From contig JAYPCW010000001.1 in the NCBI GenBank assembly GCA_038124905.1, positions 1,824 through 46,970 of the forward strand: a stretch of 45,147 bases of DNA, given 5' to 3'. The notes under the pieces were generated by a model. It worked only from the letters and a program-made list of their open reading frames with translations, ran no database searches and had not been told where the DNA came from. A program made the position numbers and the translations under genes. Below, piece after piece: positions 22,743 through 31,955 of this stretch (positions within the stretch are counted from its first letter, which is position 1; each line of letters opens with the position of its first letter). Origin of the DNA: Candidatus Nanopelagicales bacterium (lineage in GTDB: Bacteria; Actinomycetota; Actinomycetes; S36-B12; UBA5976).

Positions 22743-25523
22743 TTATGAGCAACCTGAGGTGTTGCCGCAACCTTCGCAGACGTAGCAAGAGCCGGCCATT
22801 CTCATTTTGACTCCGCAGGTCATGCATAGCGGGGCGTCAGATTTGATTCCGGTCATCTCCTCAAGGACTTCCATGGAGCTCTTTGCATCCCTTGAATCTG
22901 CCTTTGGTGTTTCTACGATTGGCAGCTCATTAATGGGTGCTACTGGAGCTTCTACAGTTTCGTAGCCGTTGTTTACCTGTTCGGTTCTTTCATCAACGGT
23001 GAAGATTCCAAGAGCTGCTCGCTTTTCTACTGGCAAGTAGTCAAGGGCTAGGCGACGGAAGATGTAGTCCATGATCGATTGCGCCATGCGAATATCTTTG
23101 TCGTCGGTTAGACCTGCAGGTTCGAACCTCATGTTGGTGAACTTGTTGACATATTGCTCTAGTGGTACGCCGTATTGCAAACCAATTGAGACTGCAATTG
23201 AGAAGGCGTCCATGATGCCAGCCAAGGTTGAACCCTGCTTGCTCATCTTTAAGAAGATTTCACCCAAAGCGCCATCTGGATATGACGAGGTTGTCATATA
23301 GCCTTCGGCTCCCCCAACAGCAAACGACGTGGTTTGTGAGGTTCGGGTCTTAGGTAGTCGTTGGCGAGCTGGAGTTGGTAGAGCTACCGATGGTGTGGTG
23401 TCTTTGCTCTTTGCTTTGGCATCGCTTAGAGGTTGTCCAACTTTGCAGTTGTCGCGATAGATGGCAAGAGCTTTAACGCCCATCTTCCAAGCTTGGTAGT
23501 AGATCTCTTCTACTTCATCAACTGTTGCACTCTCTGGCATATTTACAGTTTTTGAAATTGCACCGGAGATGAATGGTTGAACTGCTGCCATCATTCTTAC
23601 GTGACCCATTGGGGTGATGGAGCGAACGCCCATTGCGCAGTCAAAGACTGAGTAGTGTTCAGGCTTTAATCCTGGAGCATCGATTACGTTTCCGTTTTCG
23701 CCGATGTATTCAACGATTGCTTCAACGGTTTCTTCGGTATAGCCAAGGCGACGAAGTGCTCTTGGAATTGTTTGGTTAACAATCTGCATTGAACCGCCAC
23801 CAACTAGCTTCTTGAATTTAACTAGAGCTAAATCTGGTTCGATACCGGTGGTGTCGCAATCCATCATCAAACCGATGGTTCCAGTTGGAGCAAGAACGCT
23901 AGCTTGAGCGTTTCTAAAGCCGTACTTGTCTCCGAGTTCAATAACTTGATTCCACATCTTGGTGGCAAGTTCGTGAACTGGGCGATCAATTTCGCTATCG
24001 ACTCTTAATACTTCATTAGCGTTGGCATGCTTGCGCATGATGCGCTTGTGAGCGGCTTCATTGCGGGCATAACCGTTATAGGTGCCAACTACACCAGCGA
24101 GTTCAGCGCTTCTCTTATAAGAAGTTCCAGTCATTAGTGAGGTGATGCTGGCGGCGAGAGCGCGGCCGGCATCTGAGTCATAAGCAAGGCCAAGTGCCAT
24201 AAGAAGCGCACCTAGGTTTGCATAACCAATACCTAGTTGACGGAAGTCTCTGGTGGTTTGTCCGATTGCTTCTGTTGGGAAGTCTGCGAAGGAGATTGAG
24301 ATTTCCATCGCGGTGATTACAAATTCAACTGCCTTGGCAAAAGTCTCGGCATCAAAAGTGTCATCATCTTTTAAGAACTTCAAAAGATTTAGTGAAGCTA
24401 AGTTGCAAGAAGAGTTATCTAGGTGCATGTATTCGCTGCATGGATTTGAAGCGTTGATGCGACCGGTTTCTGGGCTGGTATGCCAATCGTTAATGGTGGT
24501 GTCATATTGGATACCTGGGTCAGCGCAAGCCCAAGCAGCTTCTGCTGCTTGACGAAATAGTGTCTTTGCGTTGACGGATTTTACGGTGTGACCATCAGCG
24601 CGTGCAGTTAGGGCAAACTCAGCATCGTTTTCATAAGCTCTCATGAACTCATCTGAAACTCTGATTGAGTTGTTTGCGTTTTGATATTGAACGCTGATGA
24701 TGTCTTTCCCACCAAGGTCCATGTCAAAACCGGCATCGCGAAGCGCACGGATTTTGTCTTCTTCACGAGCTTTGGTCTCGATGAATTCTTCGATATCTGG
24801 ATGATCTATATCAAGTACAACCATCTTGGCTGCTCTGCGAGTGGCGCCACCAGATTTGATGGTTCCAGCTGAAGCATCAGCACCGCGCATGAATGAAACT
24901 GGGCCTGAGGCTGTTCCGCCTGAAGAAAGAAGTTCTTCACTGCCGCGAATGCGAGAAAGGTTTACCCCGGCGCCTGATCCGCCTTTGAAGATCACGCCTT
25001 CTTCTTTGAACCAGTTCAAAATTGATCCGATGGAATCATCCACGCTCAAGATGAAGCAAGCACTAACTTGCTGCGGGGCTGAAGTTCCAACATTGAACCA
25101 AACGGGTGAGTTGAAAGAAAACATCTGATGCAAAAGCATGTGGGTCAATTCCATTTTGAAAATTTCGCCATCTTTTTCAGTTGCGAAATATCCGCCAGCA
25201 ACTCCAGCTTCGGTGTATTTGTTAACTACCCGATCAATTACCTGCTTTAAGGACCATTCGCGATTGTCGTGGCCCACAGCACCGCGAAAGTATTTAGTAG
25301 TAACGATGGTTGAAGCGTTTACTGACCAGAAGTCTGGATACTCAACACCCTGTTGCTCGAAGACAACTTCACCGGTCTTCCAGTTATTTTGAACGACATC
25401 TCTACGTTCCCATTTAACTAAGTCATATGGATGAACGCCTTCTGTTGAGAAGAGACGATTGAGCGTCAAACCACTTGCGCGATTTTTGCCGGTCTTGATT
25501 GGGCCACTTGCGATGTCGGTCAT
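22743..25523 (-). CDS. nrdJ: adenosylcobalamin-dependent ribonucleoside-diphosphate reductase (class II RNR)
   Basis: 926 aa. NPCSEYMHLDNSSCNLASLNL is the active-site Cys/Glu/Asn region. TGIEPDLALVKFKKLVGGG is present, as is the C-terminal Cys-rich tail CMTCGVKMRMAGSCYVCEGCGNTSGCS. SD is AGAGGAAA. Confidence 0.9.
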   Translation of the reverse strand: MTDIASGPIKTGKNRASGLTLNRLFSTEGVHPYDLVKWERRDVVQNNWKTGEVVFEQQGVEYPDFWSVNASTIVTTKYFRGAVGHDNREWSLKQVIDRVVNKYTEAGVAGGYFATEKDGEIFKMELTHMLLHQMFSFNSPVWFNVGTSAPQQVSACFILSVDDSIGSILNWFKEEGVIFKGGSGAGVNLSRIRGSEELLSSGGTASGPVSFMRGADASAGTIKSGGATRRAAKMVVLDIDHPDIEEFIETKAREEDKIRALRDAGFDMDLGGKDIISVQYQNANNSIRVSDEFMRAYENDAEFALTARADGHTVKSVNAKTLFRQAAEAAWACADPGIQYDTTINDWHTSPETGRINASNPCSEYMHLDNSSCNLASLNLLKFLKDDDTFDAETFAKAVEFVITAMEISISFADFPTEAIGQTTRDFRQLGIGYANLGALLMALGLAYDSDAGRALAASITSLMTGTSYKRSAELAGVVGTYNGYARNEAAHKRIMRKHANANEVLRVDSEIDRPVHELATKMWNQVIELGDKYGFRNAQASVLAPTGTIGLMMDCDTTGIEPDLALVKFKKLVGGGSMQIVNQTIPRALRRLGYTEETVEAIVEYIGENGNVIDAPGLKPEHYSVFDCAMGVRSITPMGHVRMMAAVQPFISGAISKTVNMPESATVDEVEEIYYQAWKMGVKALAIYRDNCKVGQPLSDAKAKSKDTTPSVALPTPARQRLPKTRTSQTTSFAVGGAEGYMTTSSYPDGALGEIFLKMSKQGSTLAGIMDAFSIAVSIGLQYGVPLEQYVNKFTNMRFEPAGLTDDKDIRMAQSIMDYIFRRLALDYLPVEKRAALGIFTVDERTEQVNNGYETVEAPVAPINELPIVETPKADSRDAKSSMEVLEEMTGIKSDAPLCMTCGVKMRMAGSCYVCEGCGNTSGCS

Positions 25524-25559
25524 CTTGATTTCCTCTTTTTCTTTTTTGGTTTTTAATTT

Positions 25560-26087
25560 TTAACTTTTTGGTTTGCTCTTGGAGCTACCCCCGTCGCTCT
25601 CTTCACCATTGTTGGAGAGAGTGGCGGCGACATCCCCGAGATCTCTTGCGGTTCTTAGGAGCGATATCTCAGATTCGAAATCTTCTAAAGATTCAAACCC
25701 GCGATAAACACTGGCAAAGCGCATGTAAGCAACTTCGTCTAACTCGCGAAGTGGTGCCAAGGTGGCAAGGCCAACTTCGTGAGAATCAACTGCAGCTACT
25801 CCTGATGCTCTGACTGTCTCTTCTACCTTCTGGGCAAGTAGCGCTAAGTCATCATCGGTGACCGGCCGTCCTTGACAAGCCTTGCGCAAACCGCTGACAA
25901 CTTTGGAACGACTAAAAGGCTCCACGGCCCCTGAGCGCTTAACCACGCTTAAGGTCGCTACTTCTTGAGTGGTAAAACGACGATCGCATTCAGGGCACTG
26001 GCGGCGGCGGCGAATTGCTGTGCCATCGTCCGTTGTCCTGGAATCGATTACTCGAGAGTCGTGATGGCGACAAAAAGGGCAATGCAT
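25560..26087 (-). CDS. nrdR: transcriptional repressor NrdR (Zn-ribbon plus ATP-cone)
   Basis: [42 protein letters not shown] is the canonical NrdR N-terminus, and an ATP-cone follows. SD is GGGAAGGGAG. Confidence 0.95.
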   Translation of the reverse strand: MHCPFCRHHDSRVIDSRTTDDGTAIRRRRQCPECDRRFTTQEVATLSVVKRSGAVEPFSRSKVVSGLRKACQGRPVTDDDLALLAQKVEETVRASGVAAVDSHEVGLATLAPLRELDEVAYMRFASVYRGFESLEDFESEISLLRTARDLGDVAATLSNNGEESDGGSSKSKPKS

Positions 26088-26113
26088 CGCCTACTCCCTT
26101 CCCGAGTTTTGGC

Positions 26114-26190
26114 TGTGGATGGCTAGTTTTTCTAGCCTGTGGATAACTAGCTTTTGGCCTTAATCCGACTAGCGTTTTGGCTGTGGAAAA
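26114..26190 (-). promoter_or_regulatory. three same-orientation DnaA-box-like 9-mers in the nrdR leader or promoter
   Basis: On the minus strand: TTATCCACA at 26138-26146 (perfect E. coli-type consensus), TTTTCCACA at 26182-26190 (1 mismatch) and CCATCCACA at 26114-26122 (2 mismatches). Two of them sit inside a 14-bp direct repeat GTTTTGGCTGTGGA (26107-26120 and 26175-26188). Confidence 0.35.
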
Positions 26191-26201
26191 CTTGGGGTTA
26201 A

Positions 26202-26248
26202 CCCCAATCTATAGGGTTTTCCAAATCCTTAACCACTAGATGTTGTGG
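26202..26248. promoter_or_regulatory. tandem NrdR boxes upstream of nrdR-nrdJ
   Basis: CCCCAATCTATAGGGT (26202-26217) and CCACTAGATGTTGTGG (26233-26248) both fit the 16-bp palindromic consensus acaCwAtATaTwGtgt (recalled) in the core positions. Centre-to-centre spacing is 31 bp, about three helical turns, as is typical for NrdR box pairs. Confidence 0.6.
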
Positions 26249-26538
26249 AACTCTAGCCCATATAAACGCGGAGCGCAATCACCAAACCCCAATATTTTGT
26301 GTTATCAAAGTTACACAAGTGGCAGATGTTGCGTTTTCCCAGTTCAGCGGGCAGAAATCAAAGTAAATCTTAAGTTTAAAAAAATCTGGTGCATTTGAAA
26401 AACGGCGTGTCGAGGGATTTCTCACCCGTAGAAGCGCTTGACCAGGCTCGGTCTTGCAGTACGGTGAAGCAAGTATTTTTTCTACTAAATATTGAAGATC
26501 TATATTCAATTAACTAGCACTCTAGAAAGGTTAGGTTG

Positions 26539-27447
26539 ATGGCAATTGCTTTCAAGAACTTGCTTTCTAAATTTCAAAACCTTTTCAAGAAGTCTCGGCC
26601 AGGTCTTAATCATTACAAAGTAAAAGAGTTTAAGGATGCCCTTTATCTAGATCCTGGTAGGCCAAAAATATCTGTCTGTGTGCTTACCAAAAACTGTCAA
26701 GCAACCATTGAGCAGACCTTAAGTGTTTTAGATGAATTACTAAAAGATGGGTTTATCGACGAAGTAGTCGTGGTAGATGCCGCTAGCCCAGATGGCACAG
26801 CAGAGTTAGCAAAGAAATACAACGCGAAGGTTTATCAGCAAGATGAACTAATGCCTGAATATGGCCCTGCCATTGGTAAGGGCGATGCAATGTGGCGGGC
26901 ACAAAGTGTTATGTCCGGTGACATCGTGGTATATCAAGATGGGGACTTAGCTGACTATGCAAAGCGACATGTTTTGGGAGTTATTGGTCCTTTACTCAAA
27001 TACCCCGAGATCTCGTTTGTTAAAGGCACATACCGCCGGCATTTAAGAACTCGTGACACCGTCGTTAAAGATGGCGGTGGAAGAGTTTCTACTTTGACAG
27101 CTAGGCCTTTACTGAAAGCTTTCTATCCAGAGTTGCATGACTTTCGTCAGCCACTAAGTGGTGAAGCTGCGGTAAGAAGATCCTTGCTAGAGCAGCTACC
27201 GATAGTTACGGGCTATGGGATTGAAATCGGGATGCTTATTGATGTGTATCGCCTGGCAGGGATTAGCGCCATGGCAGAAGTAGATCTAAATGAGCGGCAC
27301 AACAAGCACCAATCTTTACAAGCCTTAGAGGGTATGGCAGAAACCGTTACCCAAACGATTCTTTCTAGATTACACAAAGAAGGCCGGTATCCAGAAGCCG
27401 TTGAACGCCCAGTTGAAAGACCTCCTTTTTTAACCTTGAAGGGGTAA
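26539..27447 (+). CDS. gpgS: glucosyl-3-phosphoglycerate synthase (GT81)
   Basis: VVVDAASPDGT, GKGDAMWRA, GDIVVYQDGDL, GGGRVSTLTARPLL, QPLSGEAAVRRSLLEQLP and GYGIEIGMLIDV parallel mycobacterial GpgS motifs (recalled). The ATG at 26539 is 8 nt after GAAAGG, and the track's TTG at 26536 is less likely. Confidence 0.8.
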   Translation: MAIAFKNLLSKFQNLFKKSRPGLNHYKVKEFKDALYLDPGRPKISVCVLTKNCQATIEQTLSVLDELLKDGFIDEVVVVDAASPDGTAELAKKYNAKVYQQDELMPEYGPAIGKGDAMWRAQSVMSGDIVVYQDGDLADYAKRHVLGVIGPLLKYPEISFVKGTYRRHLRTRDTVVKDGGGRVSTLTARPLLKAFYPELHDFRQPLSGEAAVRRSLLEQLPIVTGYGIEIGMLIDVYRLAGISAMAEVDLNERHNKHQSLQALEGMAETVTQTILSRLHKEGRYPEAVERPVERPPFLTLKG

Positions 27448-27457
27448 ATTCACCCTT

Positions 27458-28774
27458 GTGAACCTAAAAAAAATCCGCCGCTCTTGGTACCTCTATGACT
27501 GGGCTAACTCAGCTTTTTCTACCACCGTTGTCACAGTCTTCCTCGGCCCGTACCTAACCAATATCGCAGATAGCGCTGCTGATGAAAACGGTTTTATTAA
27601 TTTTCTTGGATTTGATTTTCGTGGCGGGTCACTCTACCCATATGCGATTTCTATTTCAGTAATTCTGCAAGTTTTAATTTTGCCAATAGTAGGAGCGATT
27701 GCAGATCGGTTAAAAAATCGAAATATGTTTTTAGCATTTTTTGCTTATCTTGGAGCGATCTCAACCATGTCGCTTTACTTTGTTGAGGGGGAAGCCTTCA
27801 CTCTGGGTGCACTTTTATTTATTCTGGCAAACGTTTCATTTGGTTCAGCAATAGTTGTTTACAACTCTTACTTACCTGACATTGCTTCTCCAGATGAAAG
27901 AGATGCGATCTCAAGTCGTGGCTGGGCAATGGGTTATGCCGGTGGCGGTTTGCTACTGATTGCAAATCTAGTTTTATTTATTCTTCACGAATCTTTCGGC
28001 TTAACTTCTGAAGAGGCAGTTCGAATTAGTTTATTTTCTGCTGGATTTTGGTGGGCGATGTTTGGATTGGTAACAGTTCGGGGTTTAAGGGGATTAAATA
28101 GACCAACTGGTTATGTGGGTAAAGATGCGATAATTGTTGGTTTTAAAGAGCTAAATCAAACCTATAAAGATATTAAAAAATACCCTGAGACTTTTAAATT
28201 TTTAATTGCGTATTTACTTTACAACGATGGAATTCAAACGGTCATTGCCTTAAGTGGTACCTACGCAATTGTGGAATTAGCGCTGGGTGATACAGATTTA
28301 ATAATTACTATTTTGATCGTTCAAACCGTTGCTTTTCTTGGTGCACTAGCTTTAGGCCGTTTAGCGGGCAAATACGGCGCAAAGAAGGTTGTTCTAGGCT
28401 CGCTGGTTGTTTGGGCTGTTTTGGTATTCACTGCCTATTTCATTCCAGAAGGTGCGGTTTATTTCTATTATGGCCTAGGAGCTGGAATTGGTTTCGTGCT
28501 TGGCGGCTCTCAAGCACTCTCCCGCTCGCTTTATAGCCAGGTTATTCCGCTAGATAAAGAAGCCAAATATTTTTCGTTTTATGAAATCGCAGAGCGTGGC
28601 ACAGCTTGGATTGGCACTGCGGCGTTTGGAGTGGCCTTTACCCTGACCAACTCTTACCGCGCCAGTATTTTGTTTTTAGTGGTCTTCTTTGTATTAGGAG
28701 GATTGCTTTTAACCCGAGTAGATGTTAGAAAAGCGATTGATCAGGCGGGTAACAAGCAGCCTGAAATTATTTAA
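27458..28774 (+). CDS. MFS transporter, UMF1/Atg22-like family
   Basis: The SWYLYDWANSAFSTTVVTVFLGPYL N-terminal signature of the UMF1 family, with about 12 TM segments. Confidence 0.75.
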   Translation: MNLKKIRRSWYLYDWANSAFSTTVVTVFLGPYLTNIADSAADENGFINFLGFDFRGGSLYPYAISISVILQVLILPIVGAIADRLKNRNMFLAFFAYLGAISTMSLYFVEGEAFTLGALLFILANVSFGSAIVVYNSYLPDIASPDERDAISSRGWAMGYAGGGLLLIANLVLFILHESFGLTSEEAVRISLFSAGFWWAMFGLVTVRGLRGLNRPTGYVGKDAIIVGFKELNQTYKDIKKYPETFKFLIAYLLYNDGIQTVIALSGTYAIVELALGDTDLIITILIVQTVAFLGALALGRLAGKYGAKKVVLGSLVVWAVLVFTAYFIPEGAVYFYYGLGAGIGFVLGGSQALSRSLYSQVIPLDKEAKYFSFYEIAERGTAWIGTAAFGVAFTLTNSYRASILFLVVFFVLGGLLLTRVDVRKAIDQAGNKQPEII

Positions 28775-29688
28775 CTCCAAGCGCCAATTCTTACTAGTCG
28801 ATTTTTAGCGGCGGTTTCTAAAGGTGATTCTGATCCGATTGCTTTAGCCATTGCCCATAAAAGTGAATGAGTTATTGGCCTTACAAACCAAAGTGGCAGC
28901 GCCTTGATTCTTAAAAGTTCTAAGTATTCTTTCTCGATCGAAGCGGCTGCTGCTTGAAAAAGCAGCGCATAAATAATTTTTGCTACTTTTGGTAGCGGAG
29001 GATTTTTAAGAAATTTAATTACCTTTAAAGTAGTTTCATTAGCAAGTAGTTGCTTTGAATCATAAAAATTTTTAATAGCATTATTTAATTGTTGCTCAGT
29101 CATAGGGCATTTTTCTAATCCGAGCCGAGTTACTGATTTTGACCATAGCGAGACATAACTGTCAGCTCCACCTGGAATTGGTTTCTTGGAGTAGAGCTGA
29201 TGAGCCTTTAAAAATGACGCGGTAAAAGCAATATGCACCCAAAGTAATAGATCAAAATCTGAAGCTTGGTAAGAAACCTTTTCGCCTTGAGCGTTTTTAT
29301 AATTGCCTTTGACCGCGCCATGCATTTTGTTAACCCGACCAGCTTCACTTTCGATTGCGCTAAGGGAGCCAAAAGTGGTAACAGTTAGCCACTTGGTGGT
29401 TCCAGCTAGCCGACCAAGCGGGTCTTGCTCATAGCGCGAATGAGTGGCTACCCCACTCAAGGTTCCAGGATGAAGCGCTTGCATCAAAAGGGCCCTAATT
29501 CCGCCAATAAGCGTTGCTAGATCCCCGTGAACTACCCAGGGGGCATCGCTAGGAAGAAACAGCCCAGCATCCTCCCCCTGGCCAACCTCTTTAAGCCATG
29601 GTGGAGTGCCATCAGGGCTGTTGGTAATTATTTTTCGAAATCTCTTACCAATCGCTTTTTGAATTCGATTAGCCTTAGGTTGTTCCAT
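28771..29688 (-). CDS. MpaB/DUF2236-family oxygenase-like protein
   Basis: 305 aa. LLMQALHPGTLSGVATHSRYEQDPLGRLAGTTKWLTVTTFGS resembles the DUF2236 core. Confidence 0.55.
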   Translation of the reverse strand: MEQPKANRIQKAIGKRFRKIITNSPDGTPPWLKEVGQGEDAGLFLPSDAPWVVHGDLATLIGGIRALLMQALHPGTLSGVATHSRYEQDPLGRLAGTTKWLTVTTFGSLSAIESEAGRVNKMHGAVKGNYKNAQGEKVSYQASDFDLLLWVHIAFTASFLKAHQLYSKKPIPGGADSYVSLWSKSVTRLGLEKCPMTEQQLNNAIKNFYDSKQLLANETTLKVIKFLKNPPLPKVAKIIYALLFQAAAASIEKEYLELLRIKALPLWFVRPITHSLLWAMAKAIGSESPLETAAKNRLVRIGAWS

Positions 29689-29697
29689 CTGGCGGTG

Positions 29698-30909
29698 TTA
29701 AATCTTTTCTTCTCTAATCTTCCAGTCCGCTCCAAATTCTTTCACTTTTTCTAAAAACGGCAACGGATCAAACCATTCAGGGCCCATTACTCCCTCAGGC
29801 TTCCAGATGCCTTCATGAAGTAATTCCATAGCAATAACTGGATTAAGCGCAGTTTGCCAGACTACTGCTTGATCGCCGTATTCTTTCATTGACCATTCGT
29901 TATCTACTACGTGATAAATATAAACCGCTTTAGGACTTTTATTTTTATCTTTACCCTTAACTAAGACTCCTGCGCAAGTTTTACCTTTCATTCGCTCACC
30001 CAAAGTTGCCGGATCCGGCAATGAAGCTGCGAGCAAATCCCTTGGGGATACCTTCAAGCCTTTTACATCAACGCGCTCAGTTTTATCTAGCCCTAACTTT
30101 CGGATCATTTGAAGAATTTCAATAAATTCATCACCTAATCCGTATTTAAAGTTCACTTTCTTGGCATCTACTTTTTGTGGGATTAGAACCACTTCTTCGT
30201 GTTCTACGTTTACGCAAGCGACGGGCCCAATTCCTTCAGGAAACTCAAAAACCTCTGGCTCGCTAAATGGCTCTGTGGTGAACCAGCCTTTTCCGTCTTC
30301 CCAAACTATTGGAGGGTTTAAGCACTCTTCTACTGTCGTCCAGATGCTAAATGTTGGAGCAAAGTCATAACCCTCAACTTGCAAATTTGATCCATCTAGC
30401 ACTGTTAGAGAATCAATTTCGCTAAAGAGTTGATCGGCTGCGTACTTTGCAAAGACATCGCTCATGCCAGGCTCAATGCCCATTCCCACAAGAGCGTAAA
30501 TGCCTCTCTCGGCCCAGTTCCAGTCGCGAGCAAACTGCTCATCGCCCAACTTCACTCCACATTCTGTATAGGGGTATTCGGGGTGAGGCTTTGAAAGGCT
30601 CATCGCCATGTCTAGATAATTAACTTCTTCAACTTCGCACGCTCTAAATATCGGCATCACGAATCTTGGGTCAACTGCATTAACCACGATGTCAGGGTCA
30701 GTCCTTTGAATCAACTCTCGCAGGGCTTCTACGTCACCTGCATCTATCTGGGCTGCCTTAAAGCGTTCGTCTCTGGTGCGCGCTACAGCTGCTTCGGCTC
30801 GTTTCAGGTCATAGTCAGCCACCGTCATTTCGGTTATCGACTGTCTACGCGATGCGATATTGGCTATCGCACTGCCAACTCCGCCTGCACCTATCACTAG
30901 GGCTTTCAC
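29698..30909 (-). CDS. saccharopine dehydrogenase-family NAD(P) oxidoreductase
   Basis: 403 aa. MKALVIGAGGVGSAIANIA Rossmann start. Length and C-terminal domain fit the Sacchrp_dh family. Confidence 0.7.
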   Translation of the reverse strand: MKALVIGAGGVGSAIANIASRRQSITEMTVADYDLKRAEAAVARTRDERFKAAQIDAGDVEALRELIQRTDPDIVVNAVDPRFVMPIFRACEVEEVNYLDMAMSLSKPHPEYPYTECGVKLGDEQFARDWNWAERGIYALVGMGIEPGMSDVFAKYAADQLFSEIDSLTVLDGSNLQVEGYDFAPTFSIWTTVEECLNPPIVWEDGKGWFTTEPFSEPEVFEFPEGIGPVACVNVEHEEVVLIPQKVDAKKVNFKYGLGDEFIEILQMIRKLGLDKTERVDVKGLKVSPRDLLAASLPDPATLGERMKGKTCAGVLVKGKDKNKSPKAVYIYHVVDNEWSMKEYGDQAVVWQTALNPVIAMELLHEGIWKPEGVMGPEWFDPLPFLEKVKEFGADWKIREEKI

Positions 30910-30987
30910 GGGAAAATCTCCTTTTCAGGTTCCCTAACAACCTAGCATGACCCTAAAAAGGGGCCATTTTTCTTTTATTTTTGTCAA

Positions 30988-31911
30988 TTGGCCAAAAATT
31001 TTGCTGCTTATAGAATTGAAAAAACAAAGAAAAGGACTTATCTCTTGTTGGTCGATCTAATACCGACTAGTTACTTAAGTTCCTTACCAGCGGTACTGCT
31101 GGCTTTTCTTGGCAGCATTTTCTTGATTGTGATGGCGACCCGAGTTGGGATCTATAGCGCAATTTCGCTTTTGGCTAGGACTTTAAATTGGCGCCAAGAA
31201 ACAGTTGGAAAGCTACTTGGGTATGTCACTAGTTTTCCGGAACTAATCACCACCATTTATTTAGTGCTTGCTGGGCTATATGTATCTGCTTTGTACAACA
31301 TTATGGCTTCGAATGTAATCAATATTCTCTTAGCTTTTGGCGTGACAGCAATCGTCTTCAAAAAAATTAGTATAGATTTTTTAAAAGCAATTCACTTACC
31401 GACTTTGTGGCTCACCTTGGTGGTGCCGATATTTTTGATATTCTTCACTCGACACGTTGACTATCTTTTATTTGTTGTTATCGGTTTATCGATTTTTTAC
31501 ATCCTCTATTTGCTCTACACCAGCCAGCGGCTCAAAGAGCCAACTAGCCCAATTGAATATCACCCATTAGTTGAAATGCAGTCCGGTTTTAACCACAAAT
31601 TGCAACGAGTTTTGCTAGCTATATTTATGTTGATTGCCGGAGTCGGGGTAATTTTAATTTCTGGAGATCTTTTTAGTCTTTCTTCTCAAATATTAATCGC
31701 AGATTATGGTGCACCGGAGCTCTTGATTGGAATTATCACGGGTATAGCCACCAGCCTTCCTGAATTAACAACCTTTTACACCTCAGCCAAATCAAACAAA
31801 GAAAACCCAGCTGGAGCTCAGAAAGAAATTGGGCACAATCTACTTGCCTCAAATTCCGGCAATATTTATGTTGGCTATAACTTAGCTTTAATTTTGGTTT
31901 TATTGCTCTAA
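30988..31911 (+). CDS. cation/Ca2+ exchanger (CaCA/YrbG-like) membrane protein
   Basis: Two alpha-repeat-like motifs are present, GYVTSFPELITTI and GIATSLPELTTF, in a 10-TM-like hydrophobic protein. The TTG start is uncertain. Confidence 0.55.
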   Translation: MAKNFAAYRIEKTKKRTYLLLVDLIPTSYLSSLPAVLLAFLGSIFLIVMATRVGIYSAISLLARTLNWRQETVGKLLGYVTSFPELITTIYLVLAGLYVSALYNIMASNVINILLAFGVTAIVFKKISIDFLKAIHLPTLWLTLVVPIFLIFFTRHVDYLLFVVIGLSIFYILYLLYTSQRLKEPTSPIEYHPLVEMQSGFNHKLQRVLLAIFMLIAGVGVILISGDLFSLSSQILIADYGAPELLIGIITGIATSLPELTTFYTSAKSNKENPAGAQKEIGHNLLASNSGNIYVGYNLALILVLLL

Positions 31912-31915
31912 ATGC

Positions 31916-31941
31916 AAAAAGCGCCCCGAAGGGCGCTTTTT
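31916..31941. terminator. bidirectional rho-independent terminator between the convergent exchanger and permease genes
   Basis: AAAAA-GCGCCC-cgaa-GGGCGC-TTTTT. Confidence 0.85.
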
Positions 31942-31955
31942 GATAGCTACTAAAT

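Noticed and set aside
23119-23128. A GGTTCGAACC string resembling a tRNA T-arm
   Set aside because: It lies inside the nrdJ coding frame and has no acceptor stem, D-arm or anticodon-arm context. It is not a tRNA.
24826-25128. Plus-strand ORFs inside nrdJ. The same applies to the many 60-120-aa track ORFs lying antisense or out of frame within larger genes, such as 951-1313, 5486-5921, 14929-15273, 19117-19467, 20449-20775, 35844-36062 and 42078-42366.
   Set aside because: Each lies wholly inside a longer ORF with clear family signatures. Their translations are low-complexity or Pro/Ser/Arg-rich shadow sequences with no motifs.
22743-25523. A possible intein or a B12 riboswitch associated with nrdJ
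   Set aside because: The 926-aa length and the continuous conserved segments fit a normal class II RNR with no insertion. Only 36 nt containing an SD separate nrdJ from nrdR, which leaves no room for a riboswitch.
26279-26509. A 76-aa minus-strand ORF in the nrdR-gpgS intergenic region
   Set aside because: It has no SD and no recognisable fold or motif. Its composition follows the AT-rich spacer, and it would sit upstream of the NrdR boxes in the promoter region. I treat it as non-coding.
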